Notes: generated from the letters alone by a model not told the origin. Shown: positions 37,039 to 46,287, counted from the first letter of the stretch. The stretch is DNA of 64,000 nucleotides from Labilithrix sp. (GCA_026128965.1 JAHCIY010000002.1:1640108-1704107); one strand, 5' to 3'. Numbers and translations are program-made.

Positions 37039-37545
37039 ATGTCGACGCGCCTGTCGCCGCTGCGCACGATCGTCCGGGAGGCTCGCGCCGCAGATCGCGG
37101 CTTCATCGTGGCGCTGAGCGAGGAGGCCTTCGCGCCGTACGCGCGCAACCCCGCGGCGCACGCGCTGCGGATGCTTCGCGCCGACGCCGGCGTGCTGATG
37201 GCGGAGGACGAGCGGACGATGCGGCGGCTCGGGTTCGTCGTCGTGCGGGTCACGGCGCTGGGGCGCGCGTTTGGGCCGTGGGAGGATCCGAGCGTCGGGT
37301 ACGTCGACGCGATCGCGGTGCGCGACGATCTCCGGCGGCGCGGCGTCGGGCGGGCGTTGCTCGACGCGGCGGAGGAGCACGCGCGGGAGCGGCGCGCCGT
37401 GTCGATGTCGCTCCTGACCGCGGAGACGAACCACGAGGCGCGGGCGCTCTTCGCGCGCGCCGGGTACCGCCCGATCCTGCCGGTCGAGGCGGCGTACGTG
37501 TCGAACCAGCCCGCGATCACCATGACGAAGCCGATCGCGCGGTGA
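37039..37545 (+). CDS. GNAT-family N-acetyltransferase
   Basis: ...IAVRDDLRRRGVGRALLDAAEEHA... acetyl-CoA-binding motif (Q/RxxGxG/A). Confidence 0.75.
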   Translation: MSTRLSPLRTIVREARAADRGFIVALSEEAFAPYARNPAAHALRMLRADAGVLMAEDERTMRRLGFVVVRVTALGRAFGPWEDPSVGYVDAIAVRDDLRRRGVGRALLDAAEEHARERRAVSMSLLTAETNHEARALFARAGYRPILPVEAAYVSNQPAITMTKPIAR

Positions 37546-37563
37546 CGGCGTATCCTCGGCGTC

Positions 37564-38124
37564 GTGTACGCGTTGAAGGACCGCCGGCGGCAGACGGTGC
37601 CCGTGTCGAACGGCGCGGTGAAGGTCGCCGTGATCGCCGACACGCACAGCGAGCCGCACCCGCGCGCGGCCGAGCTCGTCGCGGCGGAGGAGCCGGACCT
37701 CATCCTCCACGCCGGCGACATCGGCGCGCTCTCCGTCGTCGACGACTTCGCGAAGATCGCGCCCACCGTCGCGGTGCGTGGCAACATCGACGCCCACGCG
37801 CTGCCGGACGCGGTCACGCTCGACTTCGTCGACGGCGACGCGAAGCTCTTCACGCTGCTCCTCCTCCACATCGCGGTGAACGGCCCGAAGCTCCGCGCCG
37901 ACGCCGCGCGCCTCGCGAAGAGCGAGCACGCGCAGCTCGTCGTCTGCGGCCACTCGCACGTCCCGTTCATCGGGCGGGACAAGGACCTCGGCGTCTTCAA
38001 CCCGGGCTCGATCGGCCCGCGCCGGTTCCACCTCCCGATCGTCTTCGGCGTGATGGAGCTCGCCGCCGGCCGGCTCGCGATGAAGCACGTCAGCTGCGAG
38101 ACAGGAAAAACGTGGCTTCCGTGA
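37564..38124 (+). CDS. metallophosphoesterase (YfcE-like phosphodiesterase)
   Basis: VAVIADTHSE, HAGDIG, GNID, CGHSHVP signature blocks. Confidence 0.8.
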   Translation: MYALKDRRRQTVPVSNGAVKVAVIADTHSEPHPRAAELVAAEEPDLILHAGDIGALSVVDDFAKIAPTVAVRGNIDAHALPDAVTLDFVDGDAKLFTLLLLHIAVNGPKLRADAARLAKSEHAQLVVCGHSHVPFIGRDKDLGVFNPGSIGPRRFHLPIVFGVMELAAGRLAMKHVSCETGKTWLP

Positions 38125-38130
38125 GCCTCG

Positions 38131-38508
38131 TCAGGCGGCGGCGCGGAAGGCCGGGGCCGCGGTGCGGGCGCGGCGGCGGTAGACGCCGGGCGGCAGGCCG
38201 TACGCGCGCTTGAACGCCTTCGCGAACGCGAACTCGCAGGCGTAGCCGACGAGGGCCGCGACGCGCGCGAGCGTGAGGCCCGACGTGCGGAGCCGCTCCG
38301 CCGCGAGCGTGAGGCGATGCTCGGCGAGCCAGCGCAGCGGCGAGATGCCGGTCGCCTCCTTGAAGCGCCGGGCGAACGCCGCGCGCGAGAGGCCCGCGCG
38401 GCGCGCGAGCTCCGCGACGGTCCAGCGGCGGGCGGGATCGGCGCGCATCGCGTCGAGCGCGCGCGCGACGTGCGGGAGCGAGGCCGGCGGTACGAGCGGG
38501 AGGTCCAT
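38131..38508 (-). CDS. small AraC-family regulator consisting of the dual-HTH domain only (MarA/SoxS-like size)
   Basis: 125 aa. ...WTVAELARRAGLSRAAFARRFKEATGISPLRWLAEHRLTLAAERL...ARVAALVGYACEFAFAKAFKRAYGLPP is the AraC C-terminal signature. Confidence 0.6.
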   Translation of the reverse strand: MDLPLVPPASLPHVARALDAMRADPARRWTVAELARRAGLSRAAFARRFKEATGISPLRWLAEHRLTLAAERLRTSGLTLARVAALVGYACEFAFAKAFKRAYGLPPGVYRRRARTAAPAFRAAA

Positions 38509-38598
38509 GGGTCCAGGATGGCTCGAACCACGGCCGCGGTCCACGCCTGGCCCGAAGATCGAGACGATCGGACATGGGCCCGCGCCGGGAAGCGGACG

Positions 38599-39192
38599 AT
38601 GCTCTCCGCCATGCCCCAGCAGGAAGTCGTCAAGGAGGCGGACGCGTTCCTCGGACGAGCAGCGGAGGCGCTCTTCTCGTCGCGCACCGTGCTCGTCTAC
38701 GGCGAGGTCGACACCAAGCTCGCCCGTTCGGTCTCGGCTCAGCTCGTCGCCCTCGCGGCCGCGAGCGACGAGCCGATCCGGATGCTCGTCCACTCGCAGG
38801 GCGGGCACGTCGAGGCGGGGGACACGATCTTCGACCTCGTGCGCGCGGTGGCGCCCGACGTCGTCATGATCGGGACCGGCTGGGTCGCGAGCGCGGGCGC
38901 GCTGATCTACTGCGCGGCGAAGAAGGAGAACCGGTTCGCGCTCCCGAACACGCGCTTCATGCTCCATCAGCCGCTCGGCGGGATGGGCGGGAACGCGTCC
39001 GACATCGAGATCGAGGCGGCGCAGATCGTCCAGATGCGGGAGCGGCTGAACCGCATCTTCTCCGCCGCGACGGGGCAGCCGTACGACAAGATCGTACGCG
39101 ACACCGATCGCAACTTCTGGATGAACGCGAGCGAGGCCCGCGCGTACGGCCTCGTTCACCGCGTGATCGAGCGGTTCTCCGACGCCGCCTGA
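38599..39192 (+). CDS. clpP: ClpP-family protease subunit, orphan paralog (no clpX or clpA adjacent)
   Basis: Strong ClpP similarity: GWVASAGALI (Ser), RFALPNTRFMLHQP (His), RDTDRNFWMNASEARAYGL (Asp). Confidence 0.8.
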   Translation: MLSAMPQQEVVKEADAFLGRAAEALFSSRTVLVYGEVDTKLARSVSAQLVALAAASDEPIRMLVHSQGGHVEAGDTIFDLVRAVAPDVVMIGTGWVASAGALIYCAAKKENRFALPNTRFMLHQPLGGMGGNASDIEIEAAQIVQMRERLNRIFSAATGQPYDKIVRDTDRNFWMNASEARAYGLVHRVIERFSDAA

Positions 39193-39839
39193 ACGCCGAA
39201 CGGCGCGAAGAACGCCGTTGCCTCCGCGAGGATGCGCGGCACCGAGCGCGCGAGCTCGTGGCCGTCGTCGACCTCGACGAGGCGCACGTGTCGCCGGTCG
39301 CGCGCCCACGCGCGGGAGAGCTCCACGTCGACGACATCGTCCTTCGTTCCATGCACGATGCACGTAGGCACGCGGACGTCGGGGAAGCCCACGTCGAGCG
39401 CCTCGAGCTCGGCGACGAAGCCGTGGTCGACGAAGGTCGTCTTGCCGGTAGCGTGGTCGGGCACCTCGAGCGCGTCCTGCTCCTTCCACCGCCGCCACGC
39501 GTCTTCGCCGAGCCGCGCGCGCCATCGCTCCGCGAGCCGGAACGCGGGGGCCATCAGGAAGAGCGCGCAGACGCGCGGTTCGACCTCGGCGACGCGGCAC
39601 GCGGTGAGCCCGCCGAGGCTCGAGCCGATGAGCACGACGCGGTCCTCCGCTCCGATCTCCGCGCGCACGCGGAGGAGGATGCTCGAGAAGCGGAGGTGCT
39701 CGAGCGACGGGACCCGGAGATCGAGCGCGCGCACCGCGAGGCCGTGCTCCTCGCCCCACTTCACGAACGCGCGCGCTTTGTTCGACGCCGGGCTCGACGC
39801 GAAGCCGTGGAGGTAGAGCCACGTCGGACCTTGATTCAT
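39156..39839 (-). CDS. alpha/beta hydrolase, YqiA-like esterase
   Basis: MNQGPTWLYLHGFASSP N-terminus. GSSLGG nucleophile elbow. C-terminal D/H. Confidence 0.7.
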   Translation of the reverse strand: MNQGPTWLYLHGFASSPASNKARAFVKWGEEHGLAVRALDLRVPSLEHLRFSSILLRVRAEIGAEDRVVLIGSSLGGLTACRVAEVEPRVCALFLMAPAFRLAERWRARLGEDAWRRWKEQDALEVPDHATGKTTFVDHGFVAELEALDVGFPDVRVPTCIVHGTKDDVVDVELSRAWARDRRHVRLVEVDDGHELARSVPRILAEATAFFAPFGVQAASENRSITR

Positions 39840-39876
39840 GCCGGACAGCATACGGAGTATCCTGGCCGGCGATCCG

Positions 39877-40395
39877 ATGACGGGCATCGCGGCCGAGCAG
39901 CTCCTGCCGCTCGTGTACTCCGAGCTCCGGCGCCTCGCGGCCGTGCGCCTCGCGCGTGCGGCGCCGGGGGCCACGCTCCAGCCCACCGCGCTCGTCCACG
40001 AGGCCTACCTCGGGCTCGTCGCGAACGGCGATCCGGGCTGGAACGGGCGCGCGCACTTCTTCGGCGCCGCCGCGCGCGCGATGCATGACATCGTCGTCGA
40101 CCGCGCGCGCCGCCGCGCGGCGCAGAAGCGCGGCGGCGGCGCGAAGCACGAGGACGTCGCGGCGATCTCGATCGCGGCGCCGGGATCGGACAGGGTCGAC
40201 GACGTGCTCGCGCTCTCGGCCGTGATGGCGCGGCTCGCGGTGGAGCACCCGCGCCGGCACGAGGTCGCGATGCTCCGCACGTTCGCGGGCCTCACGGAGG
40301 AGGAGATCGCGGAGCTCCACGGCGTGAGCACGCGAACGATCGAGCGAGAGTGGCGCTTCGCGCGCGCCTGGCTCGCGCGAGAGCTCGGATCATGA
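39877..40395 (+). CDS. ECF (sigma-70 family) RNA polymerase sigma factor
   Basis: Region 2 (LLPLVYSELRRLAAVRLAR) and region 4 (LTEEEIAELHGVSTRTIEREWRFARAWL). The ATG at 39838 would overlap the divergent hydrolase start, so 39877 is preferred. Confidence 0.8.
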   Translation: MTGIAAEQLLPLVYSELRRLAAVRLARAAPGATLQPTALVHEAYLGLVANGDPGWNGRAHFFGAAARAMHDIVVDRARRRAAQKRGGGAKHEDVAAISIAAPGSDRVDDVLALSAVMARLAVEHPRRHEVAMLRTFAGLTEEEIAELHGVSTRTIEREWRFARAWLARELGS

Positions 40396-41834
40396 CGCGC
40401 ACGGCGCGGATCGAGGAGCTGTTCGACGACGCGGTCGTCCTCCCCGCCGCCGAGGTCGAGCCGTTCCTCGATCGCGAGTGCGCGGGCGACGCGTCGCTCC
40501 GGCGCGAGGTCGTCGAGCTGCTCGAGGCCGATCGCCGCGCGGGGCAGGTCGCGCCCGAGCGCATCGTGGAGGACACGCTCGCGTCGGAGCTCGAGCCGCG
40601 GAGCATCGGCGCGTTCGAGGTCGTGCGCCGGATCGGCGCGGGCGGGATGGGGATCGTCTACGAGGCGAAGGACGCGCGCCTCGATCGCCGCGTCGCGGTG
40701 AAGGTCGTCGGCGCCGGCGCGGCGCTGCTCGAGGAGGCGCGCGCGCTCGCGAAGGTCGTGCACCCGAACGTGGTCGCGATCCACGAGGTCGGTCACGCGG
40801 GCGGCGAGGACTTCATCGTGATGGAGCTCGTCGAGGGCGGGACGCTCGCGACGTGGCTCGCGCGCGAGCCGCCGCGATCGTGGCGGGAGGTGCTCTCCGT
40901 CTTCGCCGCGGCGGGGCGCGGGCTCGCCGCCGCGCACGCCGCGGGCGTGGTCCATCGCGATTTCAAGCCGGAGAACGTGCTCCTCGGCGCGGACGCTCGG
41001 CCGCGCGTCGTCGACTTCGGCGCCGGTGTGATCGGCACGCCCGCCTACATGGCGCCGGAGCAGTTCCTCGGCGAGCCGGTGGACGCGCGCAGCGATCAGT
41101 TCGCGTTCGCGGTCGCGCTCCACCGCGCGCTCTATCACCGCGCTCCGTTCGCGGGCGAAGACGTGCTCGCGCTGCGCGACGCCGTCGTCGCGGGGAGGCG
41201 CGAGCCGATCCCGGCGTCGGAGGTCCCCTCCGAGATCGGCGCCGCGATCGCGCGCGCGCTGGCGCGGGAGCCGAGCGCGAGGTTCGCGTCGATGGAGGAG
41301 CTCCTCGCCGTCGTCGGCGCCGATCCCGACGCGGCGGTCTCGCGGAACAAGCGACGCCTCGCGGCCGCGATCCTCACGATCGCCGGGATCGCGACGGCGG
41401 GCTCGCCGGTCTCCGCGACGACGGAGGGGCTCCTCGGCCTCGCGCTCTTCGCGTTCGGCGCGATGGTCGTCGTCGGCGTCGTGTTCCGCCGGATGCTGAT
41501 CGAGAGCGCCTACAACCGTCGCATCGCGCTCCTCTTCGTCCTCCCGGTCATCGGCTTCATCGTGCACCGCCTCTTCGCGCTCCGCCTCGGGTCTTCGGGG
41601 CAGGAGATCCTCCTCGGCGACGCGATCTCGATGGCGATCCTCCTCACGTACGCAGCGATCACGACCGAGCGGTGGATGGGGCTCGTCCCGCTCTTCTGCG
41701 TCGTCTACATCGGCGCGGCGACGATCTACCCGGCTTGGGCGGCGCCAGGCTTCGGTGCATTGCTCTGTCTTTCCGCGGCGATACCGGTCGTCTTCTGGCA
41801 GACGCCGATCGTCGCGAAGAAAATGAGCGAATGA
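40392..41834 (+). CDS. ECF-sigma-associated Ser/Thr protein kinase with a C-terminal polytopic membrane domain
   Basis: N-terminal sigma-associated module (ARIEELFDDAVVLP...FLDRECAGDASLRREV). Kinase motifs GAGGMGIVYEA, VAVK, HRDFKPENVLL, DFG, APE, but with an unusually short activation segment. Five or six C-terminal transmembrane segments. ATGA overlap with the sigma gene. Confidence 0.8.
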   Translation: MTRTARIEELFDDAVVLPAAEVEPFLDRECAGDASLRREVVELLEADRRAGQVAPERIVEDTLASELEPRSIGAFEVVRRIGAGGMGIVYEAKDARLDRRVAVKVVGAGAALLEEARALAKVVHPNVVAIHEVGHAGGEDFIVMELVEGGTLATWLAREPPRSWREVLSVFAAAGRGLAAAHAAGVVHRDFKPENVLLGADARPRVVDFGAGVIGTPAYMAPEQFLGEPVDARSDQFAFAVALHRALYHRAPFAGEDVLALRDAVVAGRREPIPASEVPSEIGAAIARALAREPSARFASMEELLAVVGADPDAAVSRNKRRLAAAILTIAGIATAGSPVSATTEGLLGLALFAFGAMVVVGVVFRRMLIESAYNRRIALLFVLPVIGFIVHRLFALRLGSSGQEILLGDAISMAILLTYAAITTERWMGLVPLFCVVYIGAATIYPAWAAPGFGALLCLSAAIPVVFWQTPIVAKKMSE

Positions 41835-41873
41835 CGTGTCGGGTCCCGCCCCGCGTCTGCGGACGTACGGTCG

Positions 41874-42776
41874 ATGATCCCCGCCGTCTACTCCCATTCC
41901 GAGAACCGCCGCCCGCTCCCGTCCTCGCTCTCCGTCCGCGCCGCGCGTGACGCCTACCTCGAGGAGAACGGCTTCGACGTCGGCGGCTACACCGCGGACA
42001 CCTTCGACGTCGAAGCGTTCGGCCGCAAGTACACCTTCACGAATTCGTCCGATCGCAAGTGGGCGATCCCGCTCCACGACCTGCATCACGTCGCGACCGG
42101 CTACGGCACCGACCTCGTCGGCGAGGCGGAGATCGGCGCCTTCGAGCTCGTCGGCGGGTGCCGGACGCCGGTCGTCTACGCGCTCAACGTCGTCGCCGTG
42201 CTCGTCGGCTTCGCCCTCGCGCCGGTGCGCACGCTGCGCGCGTTCCTGCACGCCCGCCGCGCCGGCGCGCGCGCCCTCTATCGATCGGTCCCGAGCGTCG
42301 ATCCGGTGCTCGACATCCCGCTCGGCGATCTCCGCGCGCGGCTGGGGATCCCGCGCGGCGGCCTGAGCTCCGAGCGGCGCCGGCTCCACGACGAGGGCGA
42401 GGCGCGCCGCGCCGACGCGCTCCCGAGCGCGCCGCCGCAGCGGCGGTGGGTCGTCGCGCTGGGCCTCGTGAACGGCCTCGCGACCGCGGGCACGGTCATG
42501 TTCGAGCTGTGGCGCGGCCGCACGCTCGAGGGCGTCCCGCTCGCCGGCGGCGCGCGCGCCGTCGCGTACGGCGTCCTCGCGGCCGGCCTCGTCATGGCGG
42601 CGAGCGCGCCGTCGCTGCGGCGGGGCTCGATCGGCGGCCGTGCGCTCTTCGGCCACGCCGCGCTCGCGCTGATCGTGCTCGACGTCGTGTCGGCGCTGCG
42701 CTTCGGCATGGCGCCCGCCCTCGCCGCGGCGGCGTGCGCGGCGCCGATCCTGCTCCTCCTCCGCTTGATGCGATAA
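41874..42776 (+). CDS. Coq4-like membrane-associated protein
   Basis: HDLHHVATGYGTDLVGE reproduces the Coq4 HDxxH-x11-E metal-binding motif. Hydrophobic C-terminal half. Confidence 0.6.
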   Translation: MIPAVYSHSENRRPLPSSLSVRAARDAYLEENGFDVGGYTADTFDVEAFGRKYTFTNSSDRKWAIPLHDLHHVATGYGTDLVGEAEIGAFELVGGCRTPVVYALNVVAVLVGFALAPVRTLRAFLHARRAGARALYRSVPSVDPVLDIPLGDLRARLGIPRGGLSSERRRLHDEGEARRADALPSAPPQRRWVVALGLVNGLATAGTVMFELWRGRTLEGVPLAGGARAVAYGVLAAGLVMAASAPSLRRGSIGGRALFGHAALALIVLDVVSALRFGMAPALAAAACAAPILLLLRLMR

Positions 42777-42788
42777 GCTCGCGCGGCG

Positions 42789-44042
42789 ATGCGCGTCGGG
42801 CTCGACATCGGAACCACCAACAGCGCCGTCGCGGTCATCGACGACGAGGCGAAGGCGCCCGTCCGGCTCGCGCGCTACACGTCCTCGGCCGGCGCGACGG
42901 AGACGTTCCGCTCGATCCTCTATTTCCGGTCGGGCCAGCGGCCGGTCGGTGGGCCGCGCGCGATCGACGGCTACCTCGCGGCGGAGGGCGACGGCCGGCT
43001 CATCCAGTCGATGAAGTCGTACCTCGCGGACCGCACCTTCCAGGCGACGAGCATCTTCGGGCGCACGACGTCGCTGGTCGATCTGCTCGCGACGCTCCTC
43101 CGCGAGCTGCGGGCGGCGGCGGAGTCGGACCTCGGGCCGCTCGGCACGCGCGCGGTGGTGGGGCGGCCGGTCCACTTCGCGAGCGAGAAGGGGAGCGAGG
43201 ACGAAGCGCTCGCGGTCGAGCGGCTGCGCGCGGCGCTCGCGGCGGCGGGGTGGGACGACGTCGAGCTCGAATACGAGCCGGTCGCGGCGGCGCATTACTA
43301 CGAGACGCAGCTCGACCACGACGAGCTCGTGCTCATCGCCGACTTCGGCGGCGGCACGAGCGACTTCTCGCTCGTGCGCGTCGGTCCGGGGCAGCGCCAC
43401 CTCGGCGCGGGGCGCATCCTCGGGAACGACGGCGTCGGGATCGCCGGTGACGCGCTCGACGCTCATTTGATGAAGAAGCTCGTGGCGCCCGAGCTCGGAA
43501 TGGGCATTACGTATCGGGCATTGATGGGCGAAAAGGACCTACCGGTGCCGGTGTGGATCTATTCGCGATTGCTCCGCTGGCACCATTTCTCTTTTTTGAA
43601 GAGCAAGAAGAACATCGATTTGCTGGAGGGTATCGCGAGCCAGACGCGCGACCGCGCGCCGATCCGCGCGCTCCTCCACGTGATCGAGAACGACCTCGGG
43701 TATCACCTCTATCGCGCGGTCGAGCGGACGAAGGTCGCGCTGTCGAGCGCGACGGAGGCACGCTTCACGTTCGCGGACGATCCGGTGGCGATCGACGTCG
43801 CCGTCACGCGGGCGCAGTTCGAGGAGTGGATCGCGGAGGACATGGCGACGATGGCGTCGTGCGTCGATCGCCTCCTCGATCGCGCGGGGGTGGACCGCAA
43901 GGACGTCGACCAGGTGTTCCTCACCGGCGGCAGCTCCTTCGTCCCCGCGGTGCGCCGCATCTTCGAGGACCGCTTCGGCGTCTCTCGCATCCGCGCCGGC
44001 GGCGAGCTCATCTCCGTCGCAACCGGCCTCGCGCTCCGCTAG
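42789..44042 (+). CDS. Hsp70-family ATPase (YegD/actin-like; NBD only, no substrate-binding domain)
   Basis: MRVGLDIGTTNSAVAV phosphate-1, DFGGGTSDFSLV phosphate-2, FLTGGSSFVPAV adenosine motif. 417 aa. Confidence 0.8.
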   Translation: MRVGLDIGTTNSAVAVIDDEAKAPVRLARYTSSAGATETFRSILYFRSGQRPVGGPRAIDGYLAAEGDGRLIQSMKSYLADRTFQATSIFGRTTSLVDLLATLLRELRAAAESDLGPLGTRAVVGRPVHFASEKGSEDEALAVERLRAALAAAGWDDVELEYEPVAAAHYYETQLDHDELVLIADFGGGTSDFSLVRVGPGQRHLGAGRILGNDGVGIAGDALDAHLMKKLVAPELGMGITYRALMGEKDLPVPVWIYSRLLRWHHFSFLKSKKNIDLLEGIASQTRDRAPIRALLHVIENDLGYHLYRAVERTKVALSSATEARFTFADDPVAIDVAVTRAQFEEWIAEDMATMASCVDRLLDRAGVDRKDVDQVFLTGGSSFVPAVRRIFEDRFGVSRIRAGGELISVATGLALR

Positions 44043-44356
44043 CGCGAGTTGGCGAGGCGCGCGAGCGGGACGCTCCCGACGACGTTGCGGATGCGCTGCG
44101 CCTGCGGCGCCGGCACGTCACCGCGCAGCTGCACCTCGGCGCGCCCAGACGAGCGGACGATGCGCACGCGGAGCCGCGCGATCTTCGGCGTGCGCGCGAC
44201 GTCGCGGAGATCGGCGAGGATCGGCGGAGCGACCCCGCCGCGAACGACGCGCACCGCCCCGTCCTCGATCGCGAGCTCACACACCGTGATCGCCCGCGTC
44301 GCGGCAACGTAGAGCGCGCCGAGCACCCCAGCGACAACCGCGACCCACACGAGCAT
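44039..44356 (-). CDS. small membrane protein (DUF3634-like)
   Basis: MLVWVAVVAGVLGALYVAATRAI...VRVVRGGVAPPILADLRDV... 105 aa with one N-terminal transmembrane segment. Confidence 0.5.
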   Translation of the reverse strand: MLVWVAVVAGVLGALYVAATRAITVCELAIEDGAVRVVRGGVAPPILADLRDVARTPKIARLRVRIVRSSGRAEVQLRGDVPAPQAQRIRNVVGSVPLARLANSR

Positions 44357-44413
44357 GTCCACCCATGCAGCATAGCGCCCGGCGACGCGGCGCGGCGCGG
44401 ACGCACGCCGACC

Positions 44414-44544
44414 GCGCAAGGTTTCGGCCCGCGGTGGAAGGCACGAGGGACGCGCGCAGGTTTGGGGTTGGGCTCGCGGTGGGAGGTACGAGGGCCGCGC
44501 GCAGGTTTGGGTTCGGGCTCGCAGTTGAAGGTGCACAGGGCCGC
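44414..44544. repeat. three tandem degenerate copies of an about 43-nt unit (GCGCAGGTTTGGG.TGGGCTCGC.GT.G.AGGT.C.AGGGCCGC) in an intergenic region
   Basis: Seen directly between the minus-strand genes 44599..45489 and 44039..44356. Confidence 0.6.
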
Positions 44545-44598
44545 AGCTCCGCGACGCCACGAGGGCGCAAAGCCCGCGGCCCTCCGGCGCCGCGAGGA

Positions 44599-45489
44599 TC
44601 AGTCCGCGGCCTTCTTCTTCGCGCTCGTCTTCTTCTTGGCGGTCGTCTTCTTCGCCGCCGCCTTCTTCTTCGCGGGGGGCGCAGCCTCCGCTTCCGCCTC
44701 CGCGGCGGCCTTCGTCTTCTTCTTCGGTGCGGCGGCTGCGGCGGTCTTCTTCTTGGCGGTCGTCGCCTTCTTCTTCGGTGCGGCTGCGGCCTTCTTCTTA
44801 GGCTTCGCCGTAGGCTCAGGCTCAGGCTCGGGCTCGGGCTCGGGGGTTGGCGTTAGCTCGAGCTCGAGCTGGGTGGTCGGGCGGCGGAGCGTGATCGCCT
44901 CGGAGACCGAGACGGGCGCCGGGATCGACGGGGCGCGTGTGAGCGCTTGCTCCAGCGCGGTGCGCGCGGCGCGGTCGCGCATCTCGACGCGGTGGTCGAC
45001 CAGGACGCCGGCGACGTCGGTGCGATCGGCGGCGAAGATGACGCCGGAGCCTTCGCCGAAGAGCATGACGTCGAAGAGCGGACGGCCGCCCTCGCCGAGG
45101 ACGCGGCGCTCCAGCGTGCCGGCGAACGAGTCGTCGCGCTCGCCGTCGAGGCGCTCCTCCGGCTCGAGGTCTTGCCCGTCCCACGTCTTCCCCGCGATGC
45201 GGAGCTGCGCCTCCGCGACGGGCCCGAGATCGAGGACGTCGGCGTCGCGGACGGAGGCGAGCGTCTCGAGCGCGGGCGTGCGCGGCGGGAGACGATGGAG
45301 GCGCCGCATCGTGTCGTCGAGGCGCTCGACGTCCGGCGCGGGGCCGGTCCACGGCTCGAGGGCCTGACGGACGACCTCCGCCGGGAGTCGGTCGAGCTCC
45401 TCGAACGCGGCGAAGACCTCGTCCGAGGTCGCTGTTCCAGCGCTCAAACGCGTGACGATTTCGCGGGCGCGAGCCTCTTCTCCGGGCAT
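44599..45489 (-). CDS. hypothetical protein with a (PE)5 linker and a Lys/Ala-rich histone-H1-like C-terminal tail
   Basis: ...PTPEPEPEPEPEPTAKPKKKAAAAPKKKATTAKKK.... Globular N-terminal 200 aa. Confidence 0.6.
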   Translation of the reverse strand: MPGEEARAREIVTRLSAGTATSDEVFAAFEELDRLPAEVVRQALEPWTGPAPDVERLDDTMRRLHRLPPRTPALETLASVRDADVLDLGPVAEAQLRIAGKTWDGQDLEPEERLDGERDDSFAGTLERRVLGEGGRPLFDVMLFGEGSGVIFAADRTDVAGVLVDHRVEMRDRAARTALEQALTRAPSIPAPVSVSEAITLRRPTTQLELELTPTPEPEPEPEPEPTAKPKKKAAAAPKKKATTAKKKTAAAAAPKKKTKAAAEAEAEAAPPAKKKAAAKKTTAKKKTSAKKKAAD

Positions 45490-45558
45490 GCAGGCGGCAC
45501 GCTACCACGCGCGCCGAAGAAAAGTGATCCGGCTTGTCGATCGCGTCGCCGGAGCGGC

Positions 45559-46287
45559 TCAAGGCTTCGTGAACGCGAGGACGAAGCGATCGCTCGTGCC
45601 GCGTTTGTCGCCCGCCGCGCCGGGCGCCGCGTTCCAGTCGCGTGCGTCGTTCGGGTTGCGGAGGAAAGCCGCTTCGCCGGCGAGCTTGAAGCCGGCCTTC
45701 GTCACGTCGTCGCGGACCACCGACTCCTCGATGCGATGGAGCGTGTCCACCTCCTTCGAGCCGGTGCCCGGGCGGCCGCTGTGATCGACGATGACGAGCT
45801 TGCCGCCGGGCTTGAGCGCCTCGAGGAGCTTCGCGTTCATCTTCGCGCGGTCGGTCCCGACCCAGTAAAGGTCGTGGTAGAAGAGCACCATCACGATCGC
45901 GTCGAGGTCCTTCGCCTCCGGCGGCAGCGGATCGTCGAGCTCGCGCGTGACCTTCACGACGTTCTTGTTCACCGGCCGCGCGAGCCGCGCCGGCCACGCC
46001 TTCGACACGTACTTCTCGATGATCATCGGGCTGTTCATGCCGTACACCACGCCGGTCGGCCCCACCGCGCGGGCGAGCACCTCCGTCGTGTAGCCGCCGC
46101 CCGCGGCGAGGTCCGCGACCTTCATCCCCGGCTTGATGCCGGCGAACGCGACGAGCTCGTCCGGCTTCCGCTGCGCGTCGAGCTTCACGTCTTCGGGATC
46201 GCGCTCGTTCGAAGGCGGCGTGCTCTTGCAGGAGACGCCGAGGGCGAGACACGCGAAGAGGAAGGTCCGGCGCAGCATCGGTCGCAT
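45559..46287 (-). CDS. class I SAM-dependent methyltransferase, secreted or lipoprotein
   Basis: Signal with FACLALGVSC. DLAAGGGYTTEVLA SAM motif I. Confidence 0.8.
   Translation of the reverse strand: MRPMLRRTFLFACLALGVSCKSTPPSNERDPEDVKLDAQRKPDELVAFAGIKPGMKVADLAAGGGYTTEVLARAVGPTGVVYGMNSPMIIEKYVSKAWPARLARPVNKNVVKVTRELDDPLPPEAKDLDAIVMVLFYHDLYWVGTDRAKMNAKLLEALKPGGKLVIVDHSGRPGTGSKEVDTLHRIEESVVRDDVTKAGFKLAGEAAFLRNPNDARDWNAAPGAAGDKRGTSDRFVLAFTKP

Noticed and set aside
44600-44860. Possible CRISPR-like or minisatellite array in the GC-rich repeats encoding the Lys/Ala tail
   Set aside because: The repeats are codon-level (AAGAAGAAG / GCGGC) reiterations within a coding H1-like tail. There are no regularly spaced direct repeats with unique spacers and no cas genes.
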